This document shows, piece by piece, positions 38,880 through 52,667 of a DNA stretch of 64,000 nt (the first letter of the stretch is position 1; each line of letters begins with the position of its first letter). The notes beneath the pieces are model-generated. The model was given only the letters and a program-made list of their open reading frames with translations. It did no database searches and had not been told where the DNA came from. Source of the DNA: Octopus sinensis (taxonomy: Eukaryota); NCBI RefSeq assembly GCF_006345805.1, contig NC_043001.1, forward strand, positions 55,738,001 through 55,802,000, in the 5' to 3' direction. Made by a program: the position numbers and the translations under genes.

Positions 38880-39221
38880 TTTCCTCAATCTGTGGTGATG
38901 ACATGCATTGCTCTCCCAGTCAGTCTCCTGCATATCACAGACCTTTAATGAGGACTTGACATAGTCCTTAAATTGCAGCATTGGTTTCTGCCAGGGTCTC
39001 TTTCCATTCACAAGTTCCCCATATAGCATCTGCTTAGGTCCTTGTAAGTGTCCTTGAATGCTTTCATCAGATGTCTCAGACACATTCTGAATGTTGGCTG
39101 GATCTTAAAAACTCCTGAGGACAGATGATATCTTGAGTATTGAGACGATGGTGCACAAGCACCAGTTACGTTGGAGAGGACACCTTATTAGAATGAAGAA
39201 TAGCAGGATCCCTAAGCAGAT
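38880..39221. mobile_element. Rearranged BovB-like RTE fragment with an inverted segment
   Basis: Minus strand: CLRHLMK...PKQMLYGELVNGKRP..FKDYVKSSLK. Plus strand 39110-39221: [29 protein letters not shown]. Confidence 0.8.
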
Positions 39222-39291
39222 ATATATATACATACATACATATGCATATATACATATATACATACACACATATATACATACATATATACAT

Positions 39292-39324
<33 letters not shown>

Positions 39325-39929
39325 CACATTTACATACATATATACATATACATAAATATACATACATATATACATATATACATATATATGTCAGTATGTG
39401 TATGTGCTTGTCCCCCACCACTGCTTGGCAACTAATAGTGGTTTGTTCACATCCTCGTAACTTTGCAGTTCAGCAAAAAGAGAATGATGAAATTAGTACT
39501 AGGCTTAGGAGAAAATATATACTGAAGTTAGTTTCTCTGACAAAAGCCTTGTGCTGTGTATTTTTTTTTGTGTTATGGTGTGGTGTGGGGGTATGTCTGA
39601 AGGGGTGGTGCATTGGAAGTGTGTTTGTTGGTTTAAGGTGAGATGGTGTGTGTGTGTGTTTGTGTATGTACTCTTGGGTACTTGTATATTAAGTGGGTAC
39701 TTATGCTCATGTGCTTGTGTAGTTTATAGTATGTTCAATCTAAATAGTTGCATAGATGTGTAAGATGGGTGTATAAAAAGTGTGACATAGAACAATGGGG
39801 TGAATGTGGGCGGCTGGAATGTGGTGTAGGATGGTATAGTAGTGTTATCACAACTATTCTTTTCGTACCTGAAGGGGTGGAGAAGATGAGGTGGGGAATT
39901 AATCTTTTTTTTTTTTGCAGTAGAAAGAA

Positions 39930-40155
39930 GCAGGGAATCCATGGTTTCAAGTTTTGGCACAAGGCCAGCAATTTTGGGGAAGCGGGTAAGTCAATTACAT
40001 TGACTCCGGTATTCTTCAACTAGTACTTATTTATTGATCCCAAAAGGAAGAAGGGCAAAGTCAACCTTGACAGAATTTGAACTTATAATATGAAGACAGA
40101 CAAAATGCCACTAAGCATTTTGCCTGGTTTACTAATGGTACTGCCAGCTCACCAA
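39930..40155 (-). mobile_element. SINE family B
   Basis: Reverse-complement homolog of 26605-26825. Confidence 0.8.
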
Positions 40156-41454
40156 TGGCACAGAATGAGAGATGGGGAAACAATATGGGTGGGTGAGCTG
40201 AAGTAGTACTCATTAAAAGATCCCCTAACTTATGTCTATTACCCACCCCCAATGCACAGGAGGTCACAGGTCTAATATTTAAGACAGTAAATAATGTTCT
40301 TTTCTATGTAAATATTTGTGAGGTGATATAGAATTGCCATTTTGTGGGGTACAAGAAGCATACTAGAGTTTTGGATGTAAGGTCATGTGTTATACTGGGT
40401 TCCAGAGCAGAGGAATGACCTGGGTGTTATGAGGGTGAGAAGAGATGTTGAATGGTCACACAAATTAGAAACCTGTTTACTGCAGTCATTCATGGAATAT
40501 AGGAGTGGTGGTAGGGTCTAAACAGGGTATGAGTAAAGTGCTCAAGATTGCTCATTGAAGAGATAAAGTATTACGATGAAAAGTGAAGCGGAAGGGCAGA
40601 GATGCAATCAATCAACATTGAGACCACAGAGAAGGTCATTATTGGCAATAGACAGGGGATAACCTCAGTGCATGAATTCATGATCATGACTACAGAGGAA
40701 AGGTGATGATGTAAGAATTATGAGCAGGGGATAGAAAATTTAGAGTGGTTGGGGGTGGGAAAAGATGAAGCTGAAGTAAGATTAGAAGTTGGTTGGTTAT
40801 GGAAGACAAGACTTGGAGAGGGGGAGGTTAACTAATGGTTTAATTAATCAATGGTAACAGAAATGTCAAGGAAAACTGACAAACGATGGGGAGAAGATGG
40901 CAGATGTGAACAGAAAGGTCGGATGGAGGAAATCTACCAAGTTAGTGAGGGTGGGGTGTTGAATGGGGCTGAGTTGATGTACCTATCATGCCGTTCAGGG
41001 GTGGGACCATTGAAGTGGATAAAAATTTTAACCTTGTGATGATTTAGTCAAATATTGTCTAGTTTTTTTATTTGTAGGTTAGTGTACAGACAAACAGTCA
41101 GACGGACACTCTGAATTAATGACAGTGTTGCCATTACTGGTTCAACAACACTGTCACAAATCAAGTAAAATTACAAATGAGAATTATGTATCGCTGAAGA
41201 TCTGACAATGTCGTTTGATTACATAATATTTTACATTATGGAACTGTTCTTTGTTACTGAAACACCCATAAGAGGATGTACTTGTTTTTTTTATAAACAA
41301 CTCACCTGTTTGTTTTAATATCCAATATATATATATAGGTATATTGGTGAAAACAGGAAAAATAGAACTCGAAATATATGAGTATATGTATATTTTTATT
41401 AATATTTAGCAGAGGCAACAGAATAACAATATCAAAGCTTGTTTTTATATAAGG

Positions 41455-41780
41455 GGTAAAGACCCTCTTTGCTTATGAGTGACCATAGAATTGCACCTAG
41501 AAAGTTCCCCTCTGAGGCACAAGTCCAGGCAAGGTTGTTTTATGGAAGACCCGCAGTTGTCCATGCATGCCAACCTCCCCTCTCCACACCAGAGAAAGGC
41601 AAAAGCCAATACAGCTTGACACCAGTGGCAATGCAACTCATTTCTACAGCTGAGTGAACTGGAGCAACGTGAAAATAAAGTGTCTTGCTCAAGACACACA
41701 GCCCAGTCTGGGAATTGAACTCACTACCTCATGATTGTGAGCCCAACACTCTAACCACTGAGTCATGTGCCTTCACTTGT
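41455..41780 (-). mobile_element. tRNA-derived SINE family D
   Basis: Reverse complement: gtggttagagtgttgggctcac...gagttcaattccc...gtcttgagcaagacactttattttcacgttgctccagttcactcagctg. Confidence 0.8.
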
Positions 41781-41863
41781 TTTTATGTAATTATATCCAA
41801 CCCATGCTAGCATGGAAAGCGGACGTTAAACGATGATGATGATGACATAATATCATATAAATA

Positions 41864-41909
<46 letters not shown>

Positions 41910-42472
41910 ATATAATATCATATAACTATAAACATATATATATATATAACACACACAATTTCATCACAAATGTGTATGCAGCAAATTAATGGCTTTGTGT
42001 GCCAAATAATACTAAATATACCACATACCCATACAATCCCCACATACATAACTATTCGCTGATTTAATACACCAATACCTCTCTAATAACATAAACAGTC
42101 CTTGTGATCTCTAATTGACAAAAATAAATTAAAAAACAAGGCTAAAGAGCTGTAACTATATAAAATATTGCTTGCTTCCCTTTATAATCTACTTCAGGAA
42201 AAGTAGTTTATATCTAGGTAGATGTTTTGACAGGATTGGAATCTTGTGTTTATCTGATGTACTCACTTTCTGCACATAATTTATGTTAATGATACAAGTT
42301 TAAGAAGGGTTTTTTTAGTAATCAAGAGTGTTGTTTTGGAATTAAGATGCCATTGCAAATATAATTGCTTCTGAAAATATCCATTGAATCTTCTTTCATA
42401 TCATTTTTCATGTCTAAGCATTTTATTTTCTGTATTCTAATATTCCTTTGCTTATCTCATTTCAACTTACAC

Positions 42473-42478
42473 CTTTCT
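42473..42478 (-). other. Candidate 6-nt micro-exon (AGAAAG); 8 nt if gtaagt is used
   Basis: atattttgtcttatttgcag acceptor; donors AAG|gtgtaa or GGT|gtaagt. Confidence 0.2.
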
Positions 42479-42839
42479 CTGCAAATAAGACAAAATATGC
42501 ACGAATTATTAACATATCTAGCCCACAAAAGAGCACTTACAACATATCTGGCCCACGAAAAAGCACTTACAAAATCACACCTTTTGGGTTTTATTAAATG
42601 TTTAGGACATATTGGATCATTGTAGGTACTATGTGCTTTATTCTTTTATTCTTTTACTGCCTTAAAGGGTCTTAATCAAAGAAATTGACACTAGGACCTA
42701 TTCTTTTGTAAGCCTAGTACTTATTCTATCAGTCCCTTTTGCTGAACTGCTAGCTTATGGGGATGTAAACACACCACCATCAGTTGTCAAGTGATGGTGG
42801 GATAATAAACATAGACACACACTCATAAATATATACATA

Positions 42840-43120
42840 TATCATCATCATCATTTAATGTCCGCTTTCCAAGCTGGCATGGGTTGGACGGTTTGACTGA
42901 GGACTGACAAGCCCAGATGGCTGCACCAGGTTCCAATCTGATCAGGCAGAGTTTCTACAGTTGGATGCCCTTCCTAACACCAACCACTACGAGAGTGTAG
43001 TGGTGCTTTTATGTACCACCGGCACGAGGGCCAGTCAGGTAGTATTGGCAACAGCCATGCTCAAATGGTGTTTTTATGTGCCACCACCACAGGAGCCAGT
43101 CCAGCGGCACTGGCAACATT
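42840..43120 (-). mobile_element. RTE-LINE 3' tail
   Basis: catcatcatttaatgtccgctttcc...ttttatgtgccacc with diverged internal repeats. Confidence 0.85.
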
Positions 43121-43195
43121 TTTCATGTGTATTACTACATATGGGTCACCAACTGCCTGTCCTGAATAATTACTGATGGCACATGCCTGATACAT

Positions 43196-43250
<55 letters not shown>

Positions 43251-44003
43251 AACATACATACACACATGCATATACATACACACACACACACATTTATTGA
43301 AAACTGAGTTTATGTAGGTTACTTTGCCTGGAAACTGGAAATGTAAAACTCCGAGTTGCTTTTCATGCTGAGTCAGTTTTAAATAACTAATGTTATTCCA
43401 TTCATTCTAACAGTATTGAGTAATTTTTTTGAATTAGATTTCTAAGGTTAGTAACCAGTTTTGTTAGACAGATGTAGGTAGTTGGAATGCAAGCAGTAGA
43501 CACTAATCAAGGAATTATTATGTAAGAAAAGAAAAAAATACCAATTCTTGGTACACATAAGAATATCTATCAAAATCTTTTCCCATGAAAATGCATAAAT
43601 TTTCAGAGCTTTTCCACAGAACATACCAGCATAAAACCCAAGTGAACAGTAGCATTTCTAAATAGTCTTATATACTTATTCATGAATTCATTTATAGAGA
43701 GAGATAAGCATACGTAGACATAAATACACATATATATGCTTCTCACAAACATTATCAAAGATACTTTTCATGATATAAAAGAAAGAAACATATTAGAGTT
43801 CTCTGAAGAATGCGTAAGCATGAAACCAAAGGTAGCCGTCTACATATGAAAAGTGAATTAGTGATTTACAATCATACATAAATTCATGTGTGTGCTTTAG
43901 ACACAAATATGTGTGTGTGTGTATGAGTGTGTGAATGTATGTGTATATAAATATATACACATACAAACACACATATATGTACATATTCATAAGTGTATGA
44001 GTC

Positions 44004-44073
<70 letters not shown>

Positions 44074-45679
44074 TGTTGGCCTATGGATGTGAAACTCAGA
44101 GTAACCCCATAGAGCAGCCATATCTATCTTTATTCATATACTCTACTGATTTATAACTTAGAGTGTGCTTATTTTGTGGGTTTATGATTTATCAATGATG
44201 TGTGTGTGTGTGTGTAGACGTGTGTTTATACATATGTATATTCTTTTATTGTTTTACATGTTTTAGTCATTGAACTTTAGTCATGCCAGGGCAAGGGTTT
44301 TAGTCAATTATATTGGCACCAACATTTATTTTATCATTTTCCATTTGTCTATCCACTAAGTTAAAGGACATAGACATGGAGAAAGTTTCACACTGCTAAT
44401 TTGCTTCACAAGGAATTTGTCTTGCCCTTGATATAATGCAGTGGTACTGAACCCAACATTACATGGTTACAAAACAAACTTCTTAACCATAAAGCCATAC
44501 CTGAAATATATATTTACATATGCAAAGATTGATAAGTTCTCTGACAAGAAAATCTAGGCTCCTGAGTGAGTATACTGTTGTAGCTTTTGAGCTATAAATA
44601 AAATATTCATCCAAAGACATACACATACCTGTGTGTATGCATGTGTAAGAAAGAGAATGTGTGTGTGTGTGTACGTACAAACATACACACTTCCATATCT
44701 ATGATCACACAGTCATTTCTGTTCACTCATAGATAAAGCTACTCTTCCCATCAGACACACACACATACTCAGGGAGGCAGGGAAGCTTGCATGCTTAAGT
44801 CAATTATGTAATCAGCTTAGGATCTGTCATTATCTTTATTAATTCTCAAGTCAGCATCTTTATTTTTTGTGCACACAAAATTGTATGCTGTTTATGGAGT
44901 AGTTCCTTGTTACATAAGATATATTTTAATCATTCAGATAATAAAACAGGCACAGACAGCTATAAAAAAAGATGTCTGTCATAAACTGTTGAGTTTTCCA
45001 CTTCCTCCATAACCAAACCAAACTGGTGTGTGTGATGGGGGAAGGGGAATGAAGCTTTCAACAAAGCAAAAAGTAAAATTTGACACTGTTGTACTTGTTT
45101 GCCAAATGAGTTGATCTGGAATCTTGGGTTGAAACTGAAGCAATTAAATTGTGGAAGAGACAATTTAGTTATCTAAAAGAACACAAAGAACTACTACATT
45201 CAGTTCCCAATTATTTCAATAGGTGTGAAAATTCTATTGTACAACTGTTTTCCAGTTTTTAGAGGACTAAAAGTTCTGCCATAATATAATAGCAAAGGGT
45301 CCATATGACCCTTAGGGTCAAACTAGGGTCCATACGACCCTTAAGGGTCCACATAAGATTTTGTTATTAAAATTTATCTGCAATAAATAGGTCATATTTC
45401 TATGCAATAAATTCGTTATACTTCTACAATACACAAAATACCTTAACAATTTTTTAAATACAATTTCAAAAAATACTTAATTATAAAAAATATAATGGCA
45501 TTTTTTAAACATCAAATGATCTTTAGGGTCCATCAAAATGAAACAGGAATCAAAGGAGTCCAGAGGTAAAAATGACTGATCTAGTGTGTGAAAATGACAT
45601 TTTATTTCAATAAATTACTAGAGTACCAATAATACAAATTGGACTATGATACTGATTCATATACAAAAGTTTTACTTAC

Positions 45680-45694
45680 ATGTATCTTGCTTCC
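45680..45694 (-). CDS. Candidate 15-nt micro-exon (GGAAGCAAGATACAT)
   Basis: ctgac branch-point-like motif, ggttttatttcacag acceptor, CAT|gtaagt donor. Confidence 0.35.
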
Positions 45695-45989
45695 CTGTGA
45701 AATAAAACCCTATTGTCAGACAACATAACTGCTCCACAGCTTGGAATGAGGGACAAGTATTAATAGTTTTGCTGTTCTTACAACTCATCAGAATTTGTTT
45801 ATAAAAACTGATCATTTCTTTTTTAGAGACATCTAAAACTGCATTACTTGCTGAGTCCATCTATAATTTTTAGCTAGTAGTGTGTAATTTGAGGCAAGAT
45901 ATAGCAACTACTTCCAACTGGTTGAGTGCAATCATATAGAGGAAGTTGTACCCAATCTGCTAGAAATGAAAGCAGACTTACAATCACAG

Positions 45990-46375
45990 CAGGCATAGCT
46001 GTGTGGTAAGAAGCTTGCTTCCCAATTACATGGTTGTGCGCAGTCTTACTGCATGGCACCTTGACCAAGAGTCTTCTACTGTAGCCTCAGGCCGACCAAA
46101 GCCTTGAATGGATTTAGCAGACAGATGCTGAAAGAAGCCCATCATGTGTGCAGGTCGCTGTTTGATTTTGTCCCCCTACCATCACTTGACAACCAGTGCT
46201 GGTGTGTTTATGTCCCCCAAAACTTAGCAGGTCAGCATAAGAGACTGATAGAATAAGGACCAGACTAAAAAAAAAAAAAGAAATCCCAGGGTTGATTCAT
46301 TGAAGTAAAACCATTCAATGTGGTGCCCCAGCATGGCCACAGTCAAATGGTTGAAACAAGTAAAAGATAAAAGAC
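45990..46375 (+). mobile_element. SINE family A, full length
   Basis: Head and tail present. Confidence 0.88.
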
Positions 46376-46925
46376 AAATGCTTTCCAGCTGTGGCCATCT
46401 CCTTACTTTAAAGATATCTAAACCAACATTATCTCAAGCATCCTTCCTTATTTTTAAGACTGTGTAACATGTAATTTGAAGGCTAATATACTTAAGCAAA
46501 TACATGCTCCCAAATTTGCATCTTTTTACATACCCACTCCTCTAATCTTGAGATATATGCAGTCAAACAGATCAGATTTCATATCGTATATATTCATATC
46601 ATATACATCGCAGGAAGGCATGGGTTGGAGGCTAATGGAAGGGACAGATTGAATTCATGAACTTTTTAAAAGTTATCTGCACCTTATCTTTGGCAGTCAC
46701 AGGTTCTTGCTATAGAAACATATCTCTTTTTCCAAAGGAAAACAGAATGAAAATTATTTCTTAATAGTTAAATTTTAAGTACAAACATTTATTTTAGCAT
46801 ACATGAAACATTGCATTGGTTAAAAGGGAAGCGATGTGGTTTTGCAGTACCACATGCTGATTTTTCATTTAATCACATGCTGTGTAGTTGGGTTCCACTG
46901 CATTAACCCTTTCATGTTTGTTTAT

Positions 46926-47690
46926 CCCTTTAGTGTTTAAACTTGCCATATCAGGCCAAATTTGTCTTCCCGTTTTATGCTCAAACCAGCCAGCTTTGAC
47001 CTCTCACACCTACCCTACAAAATCATTCTAAAACTAAACAGGGACATCGTCAAAATCTCAGAGTTACAAGATGCTGTACAATTAATTTAAAACAATGTGA
47101 TTAAACAGGCTTTACATTTGACAGAGTTATCTGAATGCTGAAGGGTCAAAGCAGCCATCACTGGCCCAAATATTCTACCTGTTTTATGTTCAACCTGGCG
47201 AGATCTGGCCTCTCACTCAAAAGATATATTTTCATATATTGACATTCTAAAAATATATCATATCAACAAAGCAACATATCTCAAAGCAACAAGATAATGC
47301 ATGATTAACTAAAAACAATGAGAATAAATATGTACCTGTGAATTCTGGTTGTTACTGGTACTATGTAAGTGGCACCCATGAATCAGAGTCACGGTTGTTG
47401 CCAGTGCCGTGTAAATGGCACCTGTGAATTGTAGTCCCAGCTGTTGCCAGCATCATGTAAATGGTACCCATGCCAGTGGCATGTAAAATCACCCATTATA
47501 CTCCTGGAGAGGTTGGCATTAAGAAGGGCATCCAGCCATAAAAACCATAACAAATAAAACTGAAACCTGGTACAGCTCTCCAGCTTATCAGCTCCAGTCA
47601 AACCATCTAGCCCATGCCAGAACGGAGAGTGGACATTAAATGATGATGATGATGATACATCTGATAGAATAATCTGAATATTAAAGAGTC
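46926..47690 (+). mobile_element. Two MITE family 1 copies; the second is interrupted by an RTE tail (47340-47655)
   Basis: MITE 46926-47145; second copy 47150-47330 resumes at 47656 (acatctgatagaataatctgaatattaaagag). Confidence 0.75.
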
Positions 47691-49147
47691 AAAATTAGGG
47701 TAAAACTGGTTCCTTGTGAGTGAAATTGATAGATAAAACTAATACTATGGTTTTTTTTTTTTTGGTTTTTTTTTGTAACTGCACGTAGCAGTTACAAACT
47801 CAGAGATCAATAAAATAAGTACCTGACACAGACAAAAAACATTTATGATCGACTAAAGCACTTCACAACGGTGTTCCAGTATGGCCACTGTTCAATGACT
47901 CAAACATATAAAAGAATATTCGTATAGCAAACAAACCACAGAAGTGGCAATAAAAAATAAATAATAAGAGACAGAAATTCAGGAACCGAAACCACCAACC
48001 AAAGCAAACTAACCATGAAACCAGGAGACAAAAATATAGACAGAGAATGACAGACAAGTTGCTACATGTGAGAGGATAAGAGTAATCTCACTGATTTAGA
48101 TTACCATTATTCAGAAGAACAAGTTCAAAGTCAGAAATCAATATTGACCAGAAAATCTAAATAAATGGAAACCTTGGTATTCAAAATCAATAACATTAAA
48201 CAGAGAAATCAATTCATTAAAACTGAATACTTTGAAAATGATGGAAAAACATTTATAAAAATATGATATTAATAATATTAGATAAATGAATGATTGAAAA
48301 TGCAATATAAATATATATAAATATATATATATATATATAAACACACACATATATATATATAAAAATACATACACACACATGTAGTGGTATGCAGTGTGTA
48401 GGTGCAAGCATGGGTGTATGGTTAAGAAGCTCATTTTGGAACCTTGGGTAAACATCTACTATATCCCTGAGTTAACCAATGCCTTATGAGTGAATTTAGT
48501 ACATGGAAACTGTGATGTATGTGTATGTCTGTGATTGTGGTTTTGTGTTTGTCCACCCTACCACCACTTGACAATAGGTGTTGGTTTGGTTTATCTGTGC
48601 CCTCATAACCAAGCAGTTTGGCAAATGACACCAATACAACAAGTACCAGATGTAATAAGAAAAAAAATAATAAGTATTGGGCTCATTTTGTTCAGCTAAC
48701 TCCTTCAGGGTGATGCCTCAGCAGAGCCACAATCCAATGATGGAAACACCTAATGTATAAAAGATATGGGGACATACGTGTATTTAAACCTATATCTATA
48801 TACATATGGGTGTGTGCTTGAGATAAGGGTATACCAGCACACAAAGCTATGAATAATAGCATGTAAACATAAAAGAATCATCTTACATAGTAAAAGGTCG
48901 GCACCCTTTGACTGTTTCTATCCAAAATGATTTTTCAGTCAAATTGTTATATGCTGTCATTAGGTATAGCCTTGAGGTTCACTATTTGACCCATTGACTT
49001 GGGCTATTTTCTTCCCTCTTATCACTCTTCTAGCAGATGCAGTAATAGGCAGCACCCACTTCTTCGACTCTCGCTTTTGTCTGTAAGAGTCACAGAGTTC
49101 AAGAAGAAAATGCCTATCCTCAGTCTTTGCAATTTTGTTTAGCACAC

Positions 49148-49364
49148 AATATTGGTTTCAAATTTTGGCACTAGGCTAGCAATTTTGAGGAGGGGGTAAG
49201 TCAATTACACTAACCCCAGTATTCAACTAGTACTCATTTTATTGACCCCAAAAAGATGAAAGGCAAAGTTGACTTCAGTGGAATTTGAACTGAGAATGTA
49301 AATATGGACAAAACACCACTAAGCATTTTCTCTGGTGTGCTAACAATTCTGCAAGCTCACCATC
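49148..49364 (-). mobile_element. SINE family B with 14-bp target-site duplication
   Basis: tttgtttagcacac at 49134-49147 and 49365-49378. Confidence 0.92.
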
Positions 49365-50594
49365 TTTGTTTAGCACACCATATTACTCTTGATAATCAGC
49401 AGACAGATGAAAACTGCAGTCCTCTCAGTGGACTTAGCTGATAGTGAAATCCATTCCAAAGAGGTCAGCCACTGTTCAGTAAAAGTTCATAAATATTAAG
49501 GATGATTTAATTGACCATACAGGTGCAGGTCAAGTGATCACATTGAAGGTCCCTTCACTGTCATGGTGCTGTTGTTCCTTATACTTCAATGGCAAATTCC
49601 CTGGCCAAGTTGAAATCATTTTCCATCTTTTCAGTTTCTTTTCCTTCATCTTTGCTAATCATATGATGTAACACAATCTAGGATCTTAAATTATTTGCTT
49701 TTCGCTCTATTACCAAAATATCCATTTCTCTGAGCCTCTATTACATGGTTAGTTTACACAGAGTAATATCTGTACATTAATTTACATCAGTGATTTTCAG
49801 AAAAAAGAAAAAGAAAAAAAACAAAAACTATTTAGTCTGCTGTTACTATCATTTCCTCTCTACTTCCTACTAACTTCCCAAGGTATCTTTACCCTCATCA
49901 TTTTGTTTCTGCTTTCATATTATATTTGTATTATCTTGCTACATTCCCATGCACACACATGCTATTATTATACTCTTTTGTACACTGATGGGTTTGTACA
50001 CCTAAAATGCTTTGTATTAGTGTGCATTAGTGTATTTATTGTAGGTCACCCTTGTGACAAAGACATCAGTATTATCTTGTCGAGGTCAACTTTGCTTTTC
50101 ATTTTTCCAGTCAACAGAATAAATTACCAGTAGCCTATGCTAAAAATTATCATTATTATCATCTTCATAATAGCTGAGTGGATCTAGTCCCCAATTTTTA
50201 TTGTAGATTCATATAATGGAGAAGATACATACCTTAGTGAAGAAGGGTAATGAGGGGTTTTGCTGGATGCCCTGATTTTTCCCAAAATAGCCATCCCCTT
50301 TTTAAAACATTCAATACTGTTGCTTAACACTAGGTCAACTCTGATCAAACAGATCAATGATCCAGGTATTCTAGTTTGACTACATTATCTAATGTAGTCT
50401 TCATTATTTAAGGTGGAATCTGAGAAAGGTTCAGAGACTATTTCTAGCTGATCAATTATATATGTAGCAACTCCTTCATTGGCTCCTTTCAGGAAACGTA
50501 TAAAATATGTATTCTGTTACACGCATACAAATATATATATCAATAGATAGACAAATATACATACATTTATATATAGATATGTGTATATATATGA

Positions 50595-50629
<35 letters not shown>

Positions 50630-51101
50630 TGCATAGACATCCACAATTTTCTTGGGTTGATCCCACTGAGTAGAATCCCAGGCAACTGTCTTCTACTATA
50701 GCCTCAATTGACCAATGTCTTGCAATGGAATTTGGTAGATGGAAACTGCACAGATGCTTATTGCACATAAGCACACACACACACACACACACACACACTC
50801 TCATACACATGCATTCGTGTGCATGGGTCTGTGTCCATGTCTGCATCCAATTGATTTAAAACCTGTTATTTATGCTGGTTCTTTTATGTTCCATCCTTAA
50901 GAAGATGAACGAAGATCAATAATATAAGTAGAAGGCCGAAATAAGCGTTGAGGTTGCTAATATATTTCACTAGAACCCATGAAAGCTTTGCCCATGCTTG
51001 GCCACATTACAATGATTGAAATCAGTAAAAAAAAAAAAAAAATTAAAAGAACATACATTTATATTATGCTTGTGTGTAACTTCTGCTTGTTCCGCTATGT
51101 A

Positions 51102-51318
51102 TGAGGGGGTGCTGAAAAGTTGCTGGCTTTAAAGGGTATCACGAATGGCCTGGTTGGAGGCCAAACCTTCCAAGTTCTTTTACAGGGCTTAGAAAAGCTG
51201 AAGGACAGCTGCAATAAGTGTGTGAATCTGAGAGGGAAATATGTTGAATAAAATCATAATTAACTGTTACTCCTGTATTTCCTTTTACCCAAAGCCAGTA
51301 ACATTTTAGCACCCCATG
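51102..51318 (+). mobile_element. Mariner-derived MITE, copy 1
   Basis: TIR gagggggtgctgaaaagtt..gcttt / aaagccag..acattttagcacccc; encodes LQGLEKLKDSCNKCVNLRGKYVE*, a mariner C-terminus. Confidence 0.82.
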
Positions 51319-51665
51319 GTGTATAGATTTTATTACTAGGATTAAATGGAAAGGTACGTTTTATTTATTATCTTGCACATTACTTAATCATTGGTATATG
51401 TTTTTATCGTATATTTAATTTTTCTTTATGATGTAATTTTTTTCTAAATGGTATAATTTAATTTTTTCATGATGAATTGATGAAAGGTGGTTTTTTTCTA
51501 ATTTTATATATATATATATATATTATATATATATATATATATACTATATTTTGTGAAATTTGATTTAGTATTTCTAAATTGAATTTTTACCTGTAAGTTT
51601 GGAATAATATTCCCTCATATTATACATATATATATATATATATATCTCAACCAGATGTATATACA

Positions 51666-51875
51666 TGAAGGGATGCTGAAAAATTCCTTACTTATCATAA
51701 AAGGCCTAGTTGGTGGTTCAACCTTCCAAGTTCTTTTACAGGGCTTAGAAAAACTGAAGGACCACTACAATAAGTGTATGAATCTGAGAGGGGAATATAT
51801 TTAATAAAATCATAATTAACTGACCGTTCTGTATTTTCTTTTACTCAAAGCCAGGAACTTTTCAGCATCTCCTCG
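51666..51875 (+). mobile_element. Mariner-derived MITE, copy 2
   Basis: Colinear with copy 1; ends ggaacttttcagcatctcctcg followed by TA. Confidence 0.82.
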
Positions 51876-52064
51876 TATGTTTCATCCTTGTAACAACCAG
51901 TATTTTTGTTTTGTTTTCTTTTTATATAATGTCCTTAGTTACAATATTTGTGAGATTCTCTGATGAGCCCTTAGTAGTTATCCTCTTATTACAGTACATT
52001 CGTTGAATGATGTTTTACATTCTATTTCATTGTTTTCAGCTCATTTCATGTAACATATCTTTCT

Positions 52065-52287
52065 CTTTTATCTTTTACTCATTTCAGTCATTAGACTGCA
52101 GCCATGTTGGAGCACTGCCTTGAAGAGTTTTGGCTGAATAAATTGAAACCAGGACTTATTTTTCTAAAGCAGAGTACTTATTCTATCGGTCTCTTTTGCT
52201 GAACTGCCAAGTTACGGGGACATAAACACAACACCAGTTGTCAAGCAGTGGTGGGAGAAAAACACAGACACAAAAACATACACACAT

Positions 52288-52329
<42 letters not shown>

Positions 52330-52480
52330 GGCTTCTTTCAGTTTCCATTAACCAAATCCATTCACAAGGCTTTGGTCAGTCTGAGGTAATAGGGAAGACA
52401 CTTGCACAAGGTGACACACAGTGGGACTGAACCTGGAACCATGTGTTTGTGAAGCAAGCTTCTTATCACACAGCTATCCC
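52065..52480 (-). mobile_element. SINE family A, full length with expanded internal (TA)n
   Basis: Tail, microsatellite at 52290-52325, head. Confidence 0.88.
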
Positions 52481-52667
52481 TAGACCTACCTACCTCACTA
52501 AACAGTTTACAATTTGTCTTCATAATACCACCAACTCTCATGGTAAGAAGGAAATCACAACCCTTGTTATCACATCCTGCCAGACTCAAGTTTGCAGTTC
52601 ATCTTTTCGGTAAAGAAGAAGTGGAGTAAAATAACTATCAGTAAAGTACTGGGGAAGGGGGGTAATA

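Noticed and set aside
40330-41030. Purine-rich tract as a LINE endonuclease remnant
   Set aside because: No motif could be read convincingly by eye; it needs BLASTX.
45672-45959. Larger 277-280 nt exon or the MDSASNAV ORF
   Set aside because: All frames from the upstream acceptor are closed; the 15-nt acceptor with a branch motif fits better.
48105-48156. 52-nt minus-strand exon candidate (IFWSILISDFELVLLNN)
   Set aside because: Its phase is incompatible with the other candidates (it creates a stop at the 39-nt exon) and the AT-rich context makes chance sites likely.
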